A DNA stretch of 64,000 bases from Eledone cirrhosa (lineage: Eukaryota). The DNA is taken from assembly GCA_964016885.1 (NCBI GenBank), contig OZ024743.1, forward strand, positions 255,068,001-255,132,000, written 5' to 3'. The notes beneath the pieces are model-generated. The model saw only the letters and a list, made by a program, of their open reading frames with translations, did no database searches and was not told the origin of the DNA. Below are positions 1 to 12,351 of the stretch, piece by piece; the stretch's first letter is position 1; every line of letters starts with the position of its first letter. Both the position numbers and the translations under genes were made by a program.

Positions 1-250
1 AATTCACTTTTTTTGTATTGTTTTGTTTCTTCCCCTTAAAACCAAACCAGTTGAGTAAGATTGTCTTTGAAAGAATCTGTAATTAAAGATAGAGACAATA
101 CTGAATTAATTACTAAGTAGGGAAGGAATGTGTCAAAATATTTAAAACATTCGCAGACAAACATTTAGATATCTTTCGAAAAAATCTCCACTTTACAACA
201 AGAAGAATTTATATTGCTAAGAACATGGTGAATATAATGGAGTTTAGATT
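1..250. repeat. Unclassified dispersed repeat; inverted diverged copy at ~22478-22730
   Basis: TTCTTCCCCTTAAAACCAAAC..GAGTAAGATTGTCT..GGAATGTGTCAAAATATTTAAAACA matches the reverse complement of 22478-22730 with scattered substitutions. Confidence 0.8.
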
Positions 251-1014
251 TTATTTTTTGCTTCTTTATTTTTTTATTTATTCCAGTTTGGGTGAAGTGG
301 CCTTGGTAGCAAGTTGTTTTCTTCTATTTCTTCTATTTCTCTGTAACGTTTCATTCTGTAAGACATATCTGTGTCCTTGACACTTGTAGCACCTCTCCAT
401 CCTCACCAAAATATGTGTAGTCATTCATATCTCAATGCTAAAATTCTTATTACTATTCAGAGTTGAATCTTTATAACCCGTTTGATAGCAATCTGCACAA
501 AACCAGTTCTTTGTCTATGAACAAAACTACCCATTTTAGATAGTCTTATTTAACTCTTAAGAACACGTAATAAGTTAGCAAAAATCTCCAAAATATTGTT
601 AATTTAAATGTTTATAATATCTTTACTAGTAGCCAAACCATTGGGAAAAGTTCAGTTATTTAAAGCTTTTAACTTTTAATATGATGATGCCATAATGCTG
701 CTTTGTGCTTTTCAAGAATGTCTTGCTAATGCAGGTTCATGTGGCACAGAAATTTTATGTGGGACACCTTTATTATTCAATTGCTAGACTCTTTCTGCCA
801 GAGCAATGCTGGTCTTCATATCAGGGTTTCTAAAGCAGTGGAGATGTGAATGAAACCATTGTCGAAGATATAGTACATAGACTGAGATGAAAAACCCTAC
901 ACCTCAGTTGGGAAATGGCCACCACTGCCACCAAGTAATTCAACATAAAATCATTTAATTATCCTCCCACAGTTAAAAAAGTCAATCCTTGATAATCTAA
1001 TAAGTACCAGAAAA

Positions 1015-1150
1015 TCAAACCTAACACCTATAGCATGATTAATGATGAAGCCAAAGATATTGCCCAAAATGTTAAAATCAATGCTAGTGTAGAATGCTTA
1101 GTTAAACTTGATGCCTTCATTATCCTGAAGAATCACAAACTTCACTTTAA
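1015..1150 (+). pseudogene. Penelope-like RT N-terminal fragment
   Basis: INDEAKDIAQNVKINASVECL..AFIILKNHK resembles the PLE motif IN.EAK.IA..L....RIE.....AFITLKDHK. Confidence 0.55.
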
Positions 1151-1159
1151 AACATGTCA

Positions 1160-1290
1160 GGGCGGGACTACATTGGTTCTTCGACTTACTGGTGGAGTAC
1201 ACTTTTTTTTACTTCAGTGGAGAGAAGAATTAAAGTGTCTTGCTCAAGAACACAACGCACTGATGGGATTCAAACTCTCAACATTACAAT
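1160..1290 (-). mobile_element. SINE fragment (tRNA/CORE-like)
   Basis: AAGTGTCTTGCTCAAGAACACAAC..GGGATTCAAACTC is the reverse complement of the head/core of the SINE at 27072. Confidence 0.5.
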
Positions 1291-1294
1291 CACG

Positions 1295-1465
1295 AGACAC
1301 ACACACGGACATAAACGCACACACATACACAGATACAGTAACACACATATGCACACACACACATAAGCAAACAGATACACACACACATATACATACACAT
1401 AAAGACTTATGCACACACACAGATACACACACATAAACACACCACATATACATATATATATACAC
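1295..1465. repeat. Degenerate (CA)n/(TA)n microsatellite
   Basis: Direct reading. Confidence 0.9.
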
Positions 1466-1909
1466 GTGTGTGAGTGAGTTTATGTACTTATGCAATGGTA
1501 AAAAGAATATACACCTGTGGATTGAATCATTAGTACTGTAGTAAATTATCCTTTCCTTATTTCCACATCTTCACATATATACACACAGCCACATATACAG
1601 ATAACCAAACTATCGTCTATCTTTCTATCTATCTACCTGCCAACCTATCTGTCTATCTACCTCACTCTCTCTCACACACACACACACAAATATATCTATT
1701 CTAGAGAGTGTGTCAATTATATGTATTATTGCATTTCATGAATTACGAAGAATTTGCAAGTTACTTCACCCGGGAAGAATTAATAAGATCTTCACTAACT
1801 TCGCAAGACGATTTGTGTGTGGTGTGGTATGTATGTGTGTTTATATATATAAATATATATGCGTGTGTGTGTCTGCATCGGACATAATTTATATGCTATT
1901 ACATTTACA

Positions 1910-2937
1910 TATATCTAATCAATGGGCGTACAACAGTGCTTAATCTAAGAAGCACGGGACTGCGTATGGTTTATAATTTTTTATCCCCTTAGTAAAATAA
2001 GTTTGATTACTTTGAATAAATAATGAATGAATATTACATAATTTATCTACTAAATTTCGTGGCTGTTTATTAAATATATTTTATTATTCATTTAAAGATT
2101 CACTTCTTTAAAATTTTCAAATGTCAACACTTCCGGTTAGCGATCGTTTAAATAAATATTCATATATTTCTGTCACTAATTTTCTCCTAATGCCTTATTT
2201 TAATGTATAATGGATTACGTTACTGATTACATAAGAGAGTGTAACACAGTCTTCGTTCAATTTATGTGTATATTGTCAATTACGGTTTTATTTGATGTAT
2301 CATATCTACATGCATATATACATGCGTATAATATCAATATACACACTACACATGCCAGCAGAAAACCACCCGAAGGGTGGTTTTTCTGCTAGTTATATTA
2401 AATGAGTTTAAAAAAAAGTTAAATAAATAAATAAAGAGTTAATAAGTAAATAAAACATTATACTTGTTTTGCCCTCCCATTTCCAATTAAACCGAACGCT
2501 ATCATGACTATGTTTGTGTAAATGCATATGTGTGAGTTTATGTATGTTTGTGTGAATTACATCCGTGAGGGTGTATTTTTATAAGTTTGTGTTTGTGCCA
2601 TTATAGTTATATACTCATAATAGTTATTTACTCATACGCGTCAGTTTGTAGAAAATCATAATCTCTCTATCTCTCTCATCACACACTCTCTCTTTCTATA
2701 TATGGTAGTTGAAGTGGTGGTGGTGGCGACGATATACCGAAAGTGCAACTTTAAAAGAAGTCAATTTTAGATTATTTATTTTTACGAAATTATTTGTTTA
2801 CGAAATTTAGCACATACATTATGTAATATTCATTCATGATTTATTCAAAGTAATCCAACTTATTTTACTAACTGGATTAAAAGAAATAAACCGTACGCAG
2901 TCCCTCAGCCCTTGATTTATTGTAGTTTAGATATATA
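1910..2937. mobile_element. MITE-like element with >100 bp imperfect inverted repeats
   Basis: 1955-2061 (GGGACTGCGTATGGTTTAT..TTAGTAAAATAAGTT.GATTACTTTGAATAAAT..CTAAATTTCGT) is inverted at 2799-2905; outer ATATATCTAA / TTAGATATAT. Confidence 0.65.
2357..2393 (+). other. Strong hairpin ending in CTAG|T; Helitron 3'-terminus-like
   Basis: AGCAGAAAACCACCC-GAA-GGGTGGTTTTTCTGCTAGT; ends in CTGCTAG|T like the Helitron ends at 42027 and 42762. Confidence 0.5.
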
Positions 2938-3295
2938 TGCATACATACAGTTCAGAGTTGGGCTAGATCGATACACATTGAACCCTGAGCTGATCAATAA
3001 TTAAACGCACAACACTACTCATTAAATTTAATGAAGACATAACAAATCACCCTTTTATTATTATTGTTATTATTATTATTGGCGACCTACGTAGTAAATC
3101 GTATCATCGTGAGCTCAGCAAAGGTTTGTTATTTTCAGTTGTTTAAAATTGCCATTTATGGAAAATTTTTATTGTTAACTGTATATAAGTGCACATACAT
3201 TGATTTCTGAAAAGGACACTCAAAAATATTGGGGCCTTGAGCCCAAAATTTAAACTTTTTATAATTATCAAACAAAAATTTTTCTTTGAAAAATC

Positions 3296-5205
3296 ATGGA
3301 CGACTCAGAGTCACTCCTTCCTCACAATCTAACACCTCACACCGACACCACCATTGTAAATATTGCTACGTTTGCTAACACTGGAAATGTAAGCAGTAGC
3401 AATATTTTAAATTTGTCTCAGGCAGACGTTCATTTCCCGCCATTACCAATGACTGCAGGTGTTAAAGCCGCCACCCTCACCGCCACGACAACAGAAACAA
3501 AAGAATAAAATAAATGAACTCATGATATCGAAATGAATTCAACCAAAATGAACTCTTCCACACCGAACACCACTGACGCCACCACCACCACAACTGAAAC
3601 TAAAAATAACAATAGCAAAAATAACGATAACAACAACAGCAACAATGAAATTAAGAAAACTACCCAGAATTTTGCCAGAGTAGCAAAAACGTGCGAAGCA
3701 ATCCAGGTAACTCAGCAGGAATTAGAAGAAGCCAAAGGAATGGTAAAGAAAGATGGGTACAGGTCAGCCTCAACCCCCACCTAATAAAATGGAGCAACGT
3801 CGCCTATGCACCGTGTCTTATCGGACAATTAACATAAAATCGTGCCGAGTGGAACGGGCATCCGAGTCCCAAATCCAAAAAGCTTTGGGACATGTGTGGG
3901 CAAAAAAACCCCACATCAGACGTGGGCAGAAATATGGAACCGTGGACGTGTTCTTTGAAACACCACAGGAGGCCAGAGAACACTCCATGGCCCCATTAAG
4001 AAGTGACGACTTCACACTCGTCCCAAGCTATTATGGCCAGAGACTTGTGAAGATCACGATGACCCACGTTCCACCGGCCATCGAAATTCCTGGCTAATGG
4101 CTGCCGTCCTCGCCGGCATCGAGGCCAACACCAAGATAATTGAAATAGCGAAAGAAAAGCAGGTCCGGATCTGGGATGGAGCTCCTGATACAAGCGGACC
4201 ATAAAAGCATTGAGGAGATCCCAGAGGTAATAGACCTCACTGACGGCAGCCACCTCACCGTAATCGTCGAGGGCAGGAGACCTAGGTGTGTCGTTTGTGG
4301 TGAAGGAACCCACCTAAGGGCTTTCTGCCCTCAGGCTAAAAAGTTGAGGCCACCTCTCTTACCCACCCCAGTGACTCAACCATCAACACCACCAGCAGCA
4401 GAAATGGCAGCAACAACTGTAGCAGCAATAACAGAAGCAACTGTAACAGCAACAACCCCAGCAACAGTAGCAAAACCAACACCACCACCACCCAACGCAC
4501 CAGAACTAGCACCAGCGCCTACACCATCCACCACGCCACAACCAAAACCAACGCCTGTGGAGGATTTTCCACTCCCCGGCTTATCGCAACTGGAGACAGA
4601 TTGTGACGACGAGGAGTGGGAAACGGTATCAGGAAAAAAGAAAAAAAGAAACCAAAAAAGACAAAAATTCTCTTCCTTCCCCCTCCACTAACAAAATACA
4701 GAGGGAAACAAATAAATTATCAAACAAAAAAGTTAGGACAGATATGCCACCATCCACACCAGCATCACCAACCCCATCACCACAAACACCAACACCATCA
4801 CCATCATTAACCCCAACAACACCATCACCAACACCACAAAAGTCACCAAAAAGCGTAACAGAAACAAACCCACAACAAACGCAAACAAAACAAATTAACC
4901 AAAACGATACAAACTACACAGCATTAAATTTGAACAACAAGCAATTATTACACTACATGCAACACAACACCAGCACCACATAAAAAGACTACACAACAAC
5001 CTAAAAGTTCACACCACCTCCACACATACAAATCACTCGCATCACACAGAAAACGTACACGACACTAAAACAAAAATTCCCTAAAGACATCGGAGACTTT
5101 CGACAAACACTCTCCAGGAGGATGTATAAGGACATCCTTCCGGAGGAGGCCACTAGCAGTGAAAAGGATGGTCAAACCATCCTTCCTCTACGAGAAGTAA
5201 GGTAA
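3296..5205 (+). pseudogene. Tx1 ORF1 (gag-like), disrupted
   Basis: CVVCGEGTHLRAFC = CX2CX4HX4C knuckle; P/T-rich linker; WETVSGKKKKR basic patch; split across several frames. Confidence 0.8.
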
Positions 5206-5239
5206 GTGGTCTTTCCCATCTTTTCCACTCCATTTCAAC

Positions 5240-8200
5240 ATGACCTCACTCAGAATAGGCAACATAAATACACGTGGCTTGGGGTCGTCATGGAAGCAGG
5301 GCCACCTGCTCAACAACCTCAGGTCACTAAACATAGATGTAGTGGCCATCAGCGAGACCAGAATCTCCGAAGCACGGGCCTTCACACCGATCTTCGGCGG
5401 CTACGATGTGTATGCATCTCCCAGCCGTCCGGGATCGGGGGAGGGAGTTGCTGTGCTTTTTCGTAGAGGTTTGGATCTCGCCATACGGGCCATCTTCCTG
5501 GACCCAGAAGGTATGTTGGTGGTGATGGACGTGACCAGCGGAGACGGGCAAGCTTTCAGGTTAGTGGCCGTCTATGCCCCGACAGGAGCAGAGCGGCCTG
5601 ATTTCTTCCGGCGTCTGGAGACCTTTCTTGGAACGTCCCGCTCTTTAGTGTTAGTGGGCGACTGGAACGGGATCATAGATGCACGCTGGGACTGTGTGGG
5701 ATTAACGGGTAGGGGAGGAGGGTGCAAGAGCCTCACCAACCTGCTCAGGCATTTTGAACTGTCTGAAAGGTACCGATTGGATTTCCCGAATGTGCCAATG
5801 TGGACTTAGACAAATTGCATAGGGTCATCCAGATCATATCTAGATAGAGTAATTTGTAGAGAAATAGATTGGTCTAGCATAGGCTGTCCACAATTCAAGA
5901 TAGTCAGCTGCACGGACCACAAATTCGTGATCTGTGTGCTTGATTTATATAGGCTTCATAGACGAGGACCCGGCTACTGGAAGCTAAACGCGTCATTAAC
6001 AGCGTGCAAGGCCTACAGAGACCGGATTAGCGAACTAGTTAAGCGGGCGTTGACGGGGGCCATCGTCAACAACAAGTGATGGTTTGCTCTGAAAAGAGCA
6101 ATTAGAATAGAGTCCATTAGGTTTAGTAAGGCTTTAGCAATAGAGAAAAATATAGCATACGGAGAATTGGTTAGAAAATTAGACGAGGTGCTTAGCAAAG
6201 GCATCGCGACCGACGTACTTTCGGCGAAATTGGTCCTTGACCAATTGTTCAATGTAAAGCACGACGGCTGCGTTGTCAGAGCTAGGGTGCGCGCTCTCAG
6301 ACACGAGAGGACGAAAGCCGTTCAATGGGCCCGAGTGGCGGAGGCGCGTCGTGGCAACAAAGCCACGATCCCGTCTTTGGTGGACCACGACGGGCGCATG
6401 CTACTCGATCCCGGGCAAATGTGTAAAGCTTTTAAGCGACACTTCGCTCAGTTGCTCGGGGGCAGCGGCAGGCCGGATCGAGGGATGGACTTTAGTGTCT
6501 ACCTCGACGGACTGCCGCGGCTCTCGGCCACTGAGGCGGAGTGTTGCGAAAAGCCGATAACAGCCGGTGAAGTACGGGAGGCAATGACTAGCTGCACAAG
6601 GGGTAAATCGCCTGGTTTGGATGGTCTGCCCTATGAACTTTACGTACAGATGCCAGACTTGTTCGGAGGCCTCTTGGCGGACGTCTACTCCAACTGGCAA
6701 CAGAACGGGAGAATTCCCAGATCTGTGAGCCGAGGAGCTGTGGCGCTGTTGAGAAAGGATCCCAACAAGGGGGATAACATAGATAATTTTAGGCCCATAA
6801 CTCTGCTAAACACAGAGTTTAAGATTTTGACCAAGGTGCTAGCAAAGAGGTTGGTGTTTGTCGTTGGTGGTCTGGTGGGAGAGGCGCAGACATGCGCCAT
6901 TCCCGACAGATCCATCCACGATAACCTCCACCTCATGCGATACATCGTAGAGAGGGTAGCTGGGGAACCTGGCACGGGTGGGTCCTTGACCAATTTAGAT
7001 CAGTCGAAAGCTTTCGATAGGGTCGACCATCGTTACCTAGCGGCAGTTCTGAGTGGTCTGGCTTTGGGCCCGTCTTCAGAGGCTGGATCGCTGCCATGCA
7101 CAGCGACATCTGCTCTGTGGTGAGAGTGAACGGTCACCTTTCGGAACCGTTCAACATCATGCGTTCAGTTCGCCAAGGATGTCCCCTCTCGTCCCTCTTG
7201 TACGTATTGACTCTCGAGCCATTACTGCACAAACTGGAGACGTTGAGGCGGGTCCCGCGCGAACTAGGATGCGGAAGATCCGTGTCAGCATATGCGGACG
7301 ATGTCACCATAGTGGTGTCGAACGCCAAACACATCGAGGCGATCAGCACTACACTAAGAGAATACGAAGCGGTGACTGGTGCAATGATGAACCAGGAAAA
7401 GTCAGTGGGCCTGCAGTTCGGCACCTGGAGAGGCAGATACATGCGGTCCAACAGCGTCGTCGGGCGCTTGACGGACGGACCGGTTAAATTGCTCTGGGTC
7501 TAGTTCGGTCCGGATCTCCAGGCGGAGAAAAACTGGGACGTGGTGACGAGCAGGGTGGCTTCTCTCATCCAGAAATGGGCCGAGAGGAAGCTATCCCTGA
7601 AAGTTCGAGCGGAGGTGGCTAACGCGTACATTGCGTCTGTCATCTGCTACCGCCTGACCGTCGTACCTTGTCCTAAGCCCCGCCTGACTGCGCTGGAGCG
7701 TTTGCTCTTCCGCTTTTTGTGGAAAGGACGCGCTCCGATGGTTAGGCGGTCCATCTGTTGTCAACACCCGCTACGTGGAGGGCTAGGCATGCCTTGGCTG
7801 ATGATACGCAGACACGCGCACAGGCTACGACATCTCCACCTCTTCCTCGACGGTGATCAGGTGTGGTCGCCGTTTGCTAGAGACGTATTTCCCCAGCTCG
7901 TTTCCTTGACGGAGCTGCAGTCCTGGGTCAAGCGAAGACCGAGAGGGAGCGCCTGGAGACTGGAATGTCTTCAGGCGCTCACAGCCCTCGACCAATCGAG
8001 CAATGTGATCGGTGGAAACTCCACCTCGGCGTTCTATAGAGGATTAGTGGAGGGGAAGAGTACGACGTACTTGGACTCTAGGCGTCGACGAAACTCAACT
8101 AGCCAATCTCTTCGGAAGAACTTTCGGGCCAGGTCCTATGGACAACTTCCAGAAATCTCTGTCCTGGCAGTGCTACCGAGGAGCCTTGCCAGTTCGGGGT

Positions 8201-8651
8201 AAACTCTACAGTCATGGAGGTGCCGTCAGCCGGGCATGTCCGTGATGCTCACAGGGCGACGAAACCGTCCTGCACGCACTCGTCCAGTGTCCGAAAATTG
8301 CTGACTTGTGGGTTTATGTCGAACACCTGCTGTCGCGTGTAGGACGGATCCAGCTATCAGCTGAGTCCACCGTGAGGATTGCCCCGCCCTCGTCCTTTAG
8401 CCGGAAGGGCAGGCAGTTTTTATCTGTCTGGTGGCCATGGCGAAAGAGATAGTATGATGGACACATTTGAAAGGGCTGAAGACGAGCACTTACCTCTTCG
8501 GTGATGCCCTGATTGACTTTTTCAAACTTCATTTGTAAAGGAAAATCAGAGTAGGGAGGGAAGTGCTCTCTTCCCAGCATTTTGTTGAAAGATGGGTGAG
8601 AGAAGCAAGAATGGCCCAGCGAATGGGCCTACTCTGAGTATGTATCTGTAA
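5240..8651 (+). pseudogene. Tx1 ORF2 (APE endonuclease-RT), disrupted
   Basis: NINTRGL, ISET, VYAP, GDWN (APE); KSPGLDG, FRPITLLN, DQSKAFDRV, VRQGCPLS, YADD (RT); C-terminal CP..ETVLHALVQC; several stops and frameshifts. Confidence 0.93.
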
Positions 8652-8934
8652 ATTAAAGGTGGAAAACTGGGAGAGGGCACCTGCCTTGTTGGTCAGGGTC
8701 ACTGTGGCCTTTTACTGGGCTTTCTCAACAAATGTCCCTCCGAAGTCTCCCCCCTATAGGGGAATTTTTCATTGTTATTTTTTGTTACATCCTCTGTTTT
8801 TGTTTTTTACACGCAGAAATGCCCATTTGTACCGTCTTATATTGTCCAGCACTGTCCTTAATGTCTACTTTATGTAAACCCTTGTGGTTAATAAAGAAAT
8901 CATTATTATTATTATTGTTATTATTATTATTATT

Positions 8935-10615
8935 GTTCTTTGAGTCTCAGTCATTGATGTTAGTTAACTGGAAAGTTTGTTGAAATGAATATCAAGCCAC
9001 TACTTGCGGCCTCAGATATTCAGGACGTATCGGAGGGTTCTTGCTGTTCCCAGCAAGCATGCCTTTTGAAGCGTTCCAAAAAGTGTGAAGGGGCCAATTT
9101 TCTTTAACCATCCCTGGAAACTTTTTGAGATAGTACCTAGTGCGCCTATGACAATCGGGACCACTTTGACTTCATGGCAGTTCCAAATTCTTTTTACCTC
9201 CCACTTTAAGTCCTGGTATCGGTTAATTTTCTCCCTCTCCTTCTCTTGCACTCTCGTGTCGAAGGGGCAGGCCACATCCACAATCAGGCACGATCTTTTT
9301 TCTTTGTCCAAAACCACCAGGTCAGGTCTATTGTGTTCCAGTTTCTTGTCCGTCTGTATCCTAAAATCCCACAGCACCTTCACCTGGTCGTTTTCTATCA
9401 CCGACTCCGGCTTATGCTCATACCACTTCTCAGAATGTGGTAAATTGTTTACTTTGCATAGGTGCCAGTGGATCACCCGGCCCATCACATCATGTCTCCA
9501 GCCCTTATAGTGAGTCTGGGCTAGGTGTTTACACTCGGATACAATGTGAGCCACAGTCTCCTCTCTCTCTCCACAGATCCTGCACAGTGGGCTAGCTTCC
9601 TCCTTGTAAATATCGTGTTTCAACCACTTCGTTTTGAGGGCCTGCTCTTGCGCAGTCATTAACATTCCTTTTGTAGCCTTTTTAAGGTCTCCTCTTTTCA
9701 ACCAGTTCCATGTCTGTGGATCTCTGAATTCAGTTTTCTCAAAGTAGGTACTATGAAGGGATTTTTCCTGAAGGCTGCTCTTTCTCCTTGTTGTTATTTC
9801 CTCCCTGGACATCCCCTGGTCTATTGTCCTCTCCTTCATTACAGTTCTGAGCATTGGCTTCTTACTATCAGTCACGTATTTGTGTAGGTTGTTTTTCTCC
9901 ATCTGAACACAGTCCTCTAGGCTGATAAGACCTCTTCCACCTTCAGATCTCCTTAAGTAGAGTCTATCGACATCACTCCTCTTGTGGAACATGTTGTAGA
10001 TAGTCAATAATTTCCTAGTCTTCCTATCCATTTCTTTTTGTTCAGCAACATTCCATCTCAGAATTCCCGCACTGTACCTAATAATAGACACAGCTCGGGA
10101 GTTTACTGCACTTATGGCATTCCTACTGTTCAGATGTGACTTTAATACGCTCCTTACTCTCCGAATGTATTCAGTTCTTATCAATTCCTTCATTTTTTTG
10201 TTCTTGATGTCATCAGCCTCCAGAACACCCAAATACTTGTATCCTTCTTCAGTGTCAATTTCCTTTACCATCTCACCTGTTGGTACCTGGATTCCGTTGC
10301 TTCTGCTCAATTTACCCCTCTTCATCACAAGGACTCCACACTTGCTAATACCAAATTGCATACATATATCATTGCTGAAAATACGGACAGTGTCAACAAG
10401 CACATCCAACTCCTTCTCGCTCTTCCCGAAGAGCTTAAGATCGTCCATGAAGAGGAGGTGGTTGATGTTTAGCTCTCCCTTTCCCAACTTGTATCCTGCT
10501 CTCACTTTTCGCAGTATAATGGTCAGGGGCTTCAGGGCAAGGACAAACAACAGAGGGGACAGACTATCTCCCTGGAAGATACCTCTCTTGATCTTCACGC
10601 CTCCCAAGGATTCTC
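8935..10615 (-). mobile_element. R4/Dong-type RLE non-LTR retrotransposon copy 1 (5'-truncated, divergent subfamily)
   Basis: GIFQGDSLSP, LFMDD (RT); CRIC..ETVAHIVSEC (CCHC); RPDLVV..IVDVACP..EKINRY (RLE); (AAT)n at both ends; reading frame 9012-10607 is open. Confidence 0.92.
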
Positions 10616-10639
10616 ATTATTATTATTATTATTATTATT

Positions 10640-12327
10640 GTTGTTATTCCTTGAATCTCAGTCATTGATGTTGGTTAACTGGAAAGTCCGTTGGATTGAA
10701 TATCAAGCCACTACCTGCAGCCTCAGATATTCAGGACGTATCGGAGGGTTCTTGCTGTTCCAAGCAAGCATGCCTTTTGAAGCGTTCCAAAAAGCGTGAA
10801 GGGGCCGATTTTCTTTAACCATCCCTGGAAACTTTTGGAGATAGTCCCCAGTGCGCCTATGACAATCGGGATCACTTTGACTTCATGGCAGTTCCAAATC
10901 CTTTTCACCTCCCACTTTAGGTCCTGGTATCGGTTAATTTTCTCCCTCTCCTTCTCTTGCACTCTCGTGTCGAACGGGCAGGCCACATCCACAATCAGAC
11001 ACGATCTTTTTTCTTTGTCTACAACCACCAGGTCAGGTCTATTGTGTTCCAGTTTTTTGTCCGTCTGTATCCTAAAATCCCACAGCACCTTCACCTGATT
11101 GTTCTCCATCACCGCCTCTGGCCTATGCTCATACCATTTCTCAGAATGTGGTAAATTGTTTACTTTGCACAGGTTCCAGTGGATCACCCTGCCCATCACA
11201 TCGTGTCTCCAGCCCTTATAGTGGGTCTGGGCTAGGTGTTTACACTCGGACACAATGTGAGCCACAGTCTCCTCTCTCTCTCCACAGATCCTGCACAGTG
11301 GGCTAGCCTCCTCCTTGTAGATATGGTGCTTCAACCACTTCGTTTTGAGGGCCTGCTCCTGCGCAGCCATTAGCATTCCTTCTGTAGCCTTTTTGAGGTC
11401 TCCTCTTCTCAACCAGTTCCATGTCTGTGGATCTCTAAATTCAGTTTTCTCAAAGAAGGTACTATGAAGGGATTTTCCCTTAAGGCTGCTCTTCCTCCTT
11501 GATGTTATTTCCTCCTTGGACATCCCCTGGCCTACTGTCCCCTCCTTCAGTACAGTTTTGAGCATTGGCTCCTTACTATAGGTCACGTATTTGTATAGGT
11601 TGTTTTTCTCCATCTGAACACAGTCCTCTATGCTGATAAGACCTCTTCCACCCTCAGATCTCCTTAGGTAGAGTCTATCGACATCACTCCTCTTGTGGAA
11701 CATGTTGTAGATAGTCAATAGCTTCCTAGTCTTCCTATCCATTTCTTTTTGTTCAGCAACATTCCATCTCAGAATTCCCGCACTGTACCTAATAATAGAC
11801 ACAGCTCGGGAATTTACTGCGCTTATGGCATTTCTGCTGTTCAGATGTGACTTCAATACGCTCCTTACTCTCCGAATGTATTCAGTTCTTAACAATTCCT
11901 TCATTTTTTTTGTTCTTTATGCCATCAGCCTCCAGAACGCCCAAATACTTGTATCCTTCCTCAGAGTCAATTTCCTTTATCATCTCACCAGTTGGTATCT
12001 GGATCCCGTTACTTCTGCTCAACCTACCCCTCTTCATCACAATGACTCCACATTTACCAATACCAAACTGCATACATATATCACTGCTGAAAATACGGAC
12101 AGTGTCAACAAGCACATCCAACTCCTTCTCACTTTTCCTGAAGAGCTTAAGATCGTCCATGAAGAGGAGGTGATTGATGGTAAGCTCTCCCCTTCCCAAC
12201 TTGTATCCTGCTCTCACTTTTCGCAGCATAATGGTCAAGGGCATCAGGGCAAGGACAAACAACAGAGGGGACAGACTATCTCCCTGGAAGATACCTCTCT
12301 TGATCTTCACGCCTCCCAAGGATTCTC
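10640..12327 (-). mobile_element. R4/Dong copy 2 (5'-truncated chimera; 1-nt frameshift in a T-run near 11904)
   Basis: Near-identical to copy 3 but carries the 5' junction of copy 1; T8 versus T7 in copy 3. Confidence 0.92.
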
Positions 12328-12351
12328 ATTATTATTATTATTATTATTATT

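Larger units (their letters stand above)
3081..8905 (+). mobile_element. Tx1/L1-clade LINE copy 1, near full length, decayed
   Basis: ORF1 with zinc knuckle, ORF2 with APE, RT and CCHC; AATAAA at 8890 followed by an (ATT)n tail; (TTA)n also at the 5' side. Confidence 0.92.

Noticed and set aside
2357-2393. Bacterial rho-independent terminator
   Set aside because: Eukaryotic repeat context with no upstream gene; it fits a Helitron-like end better
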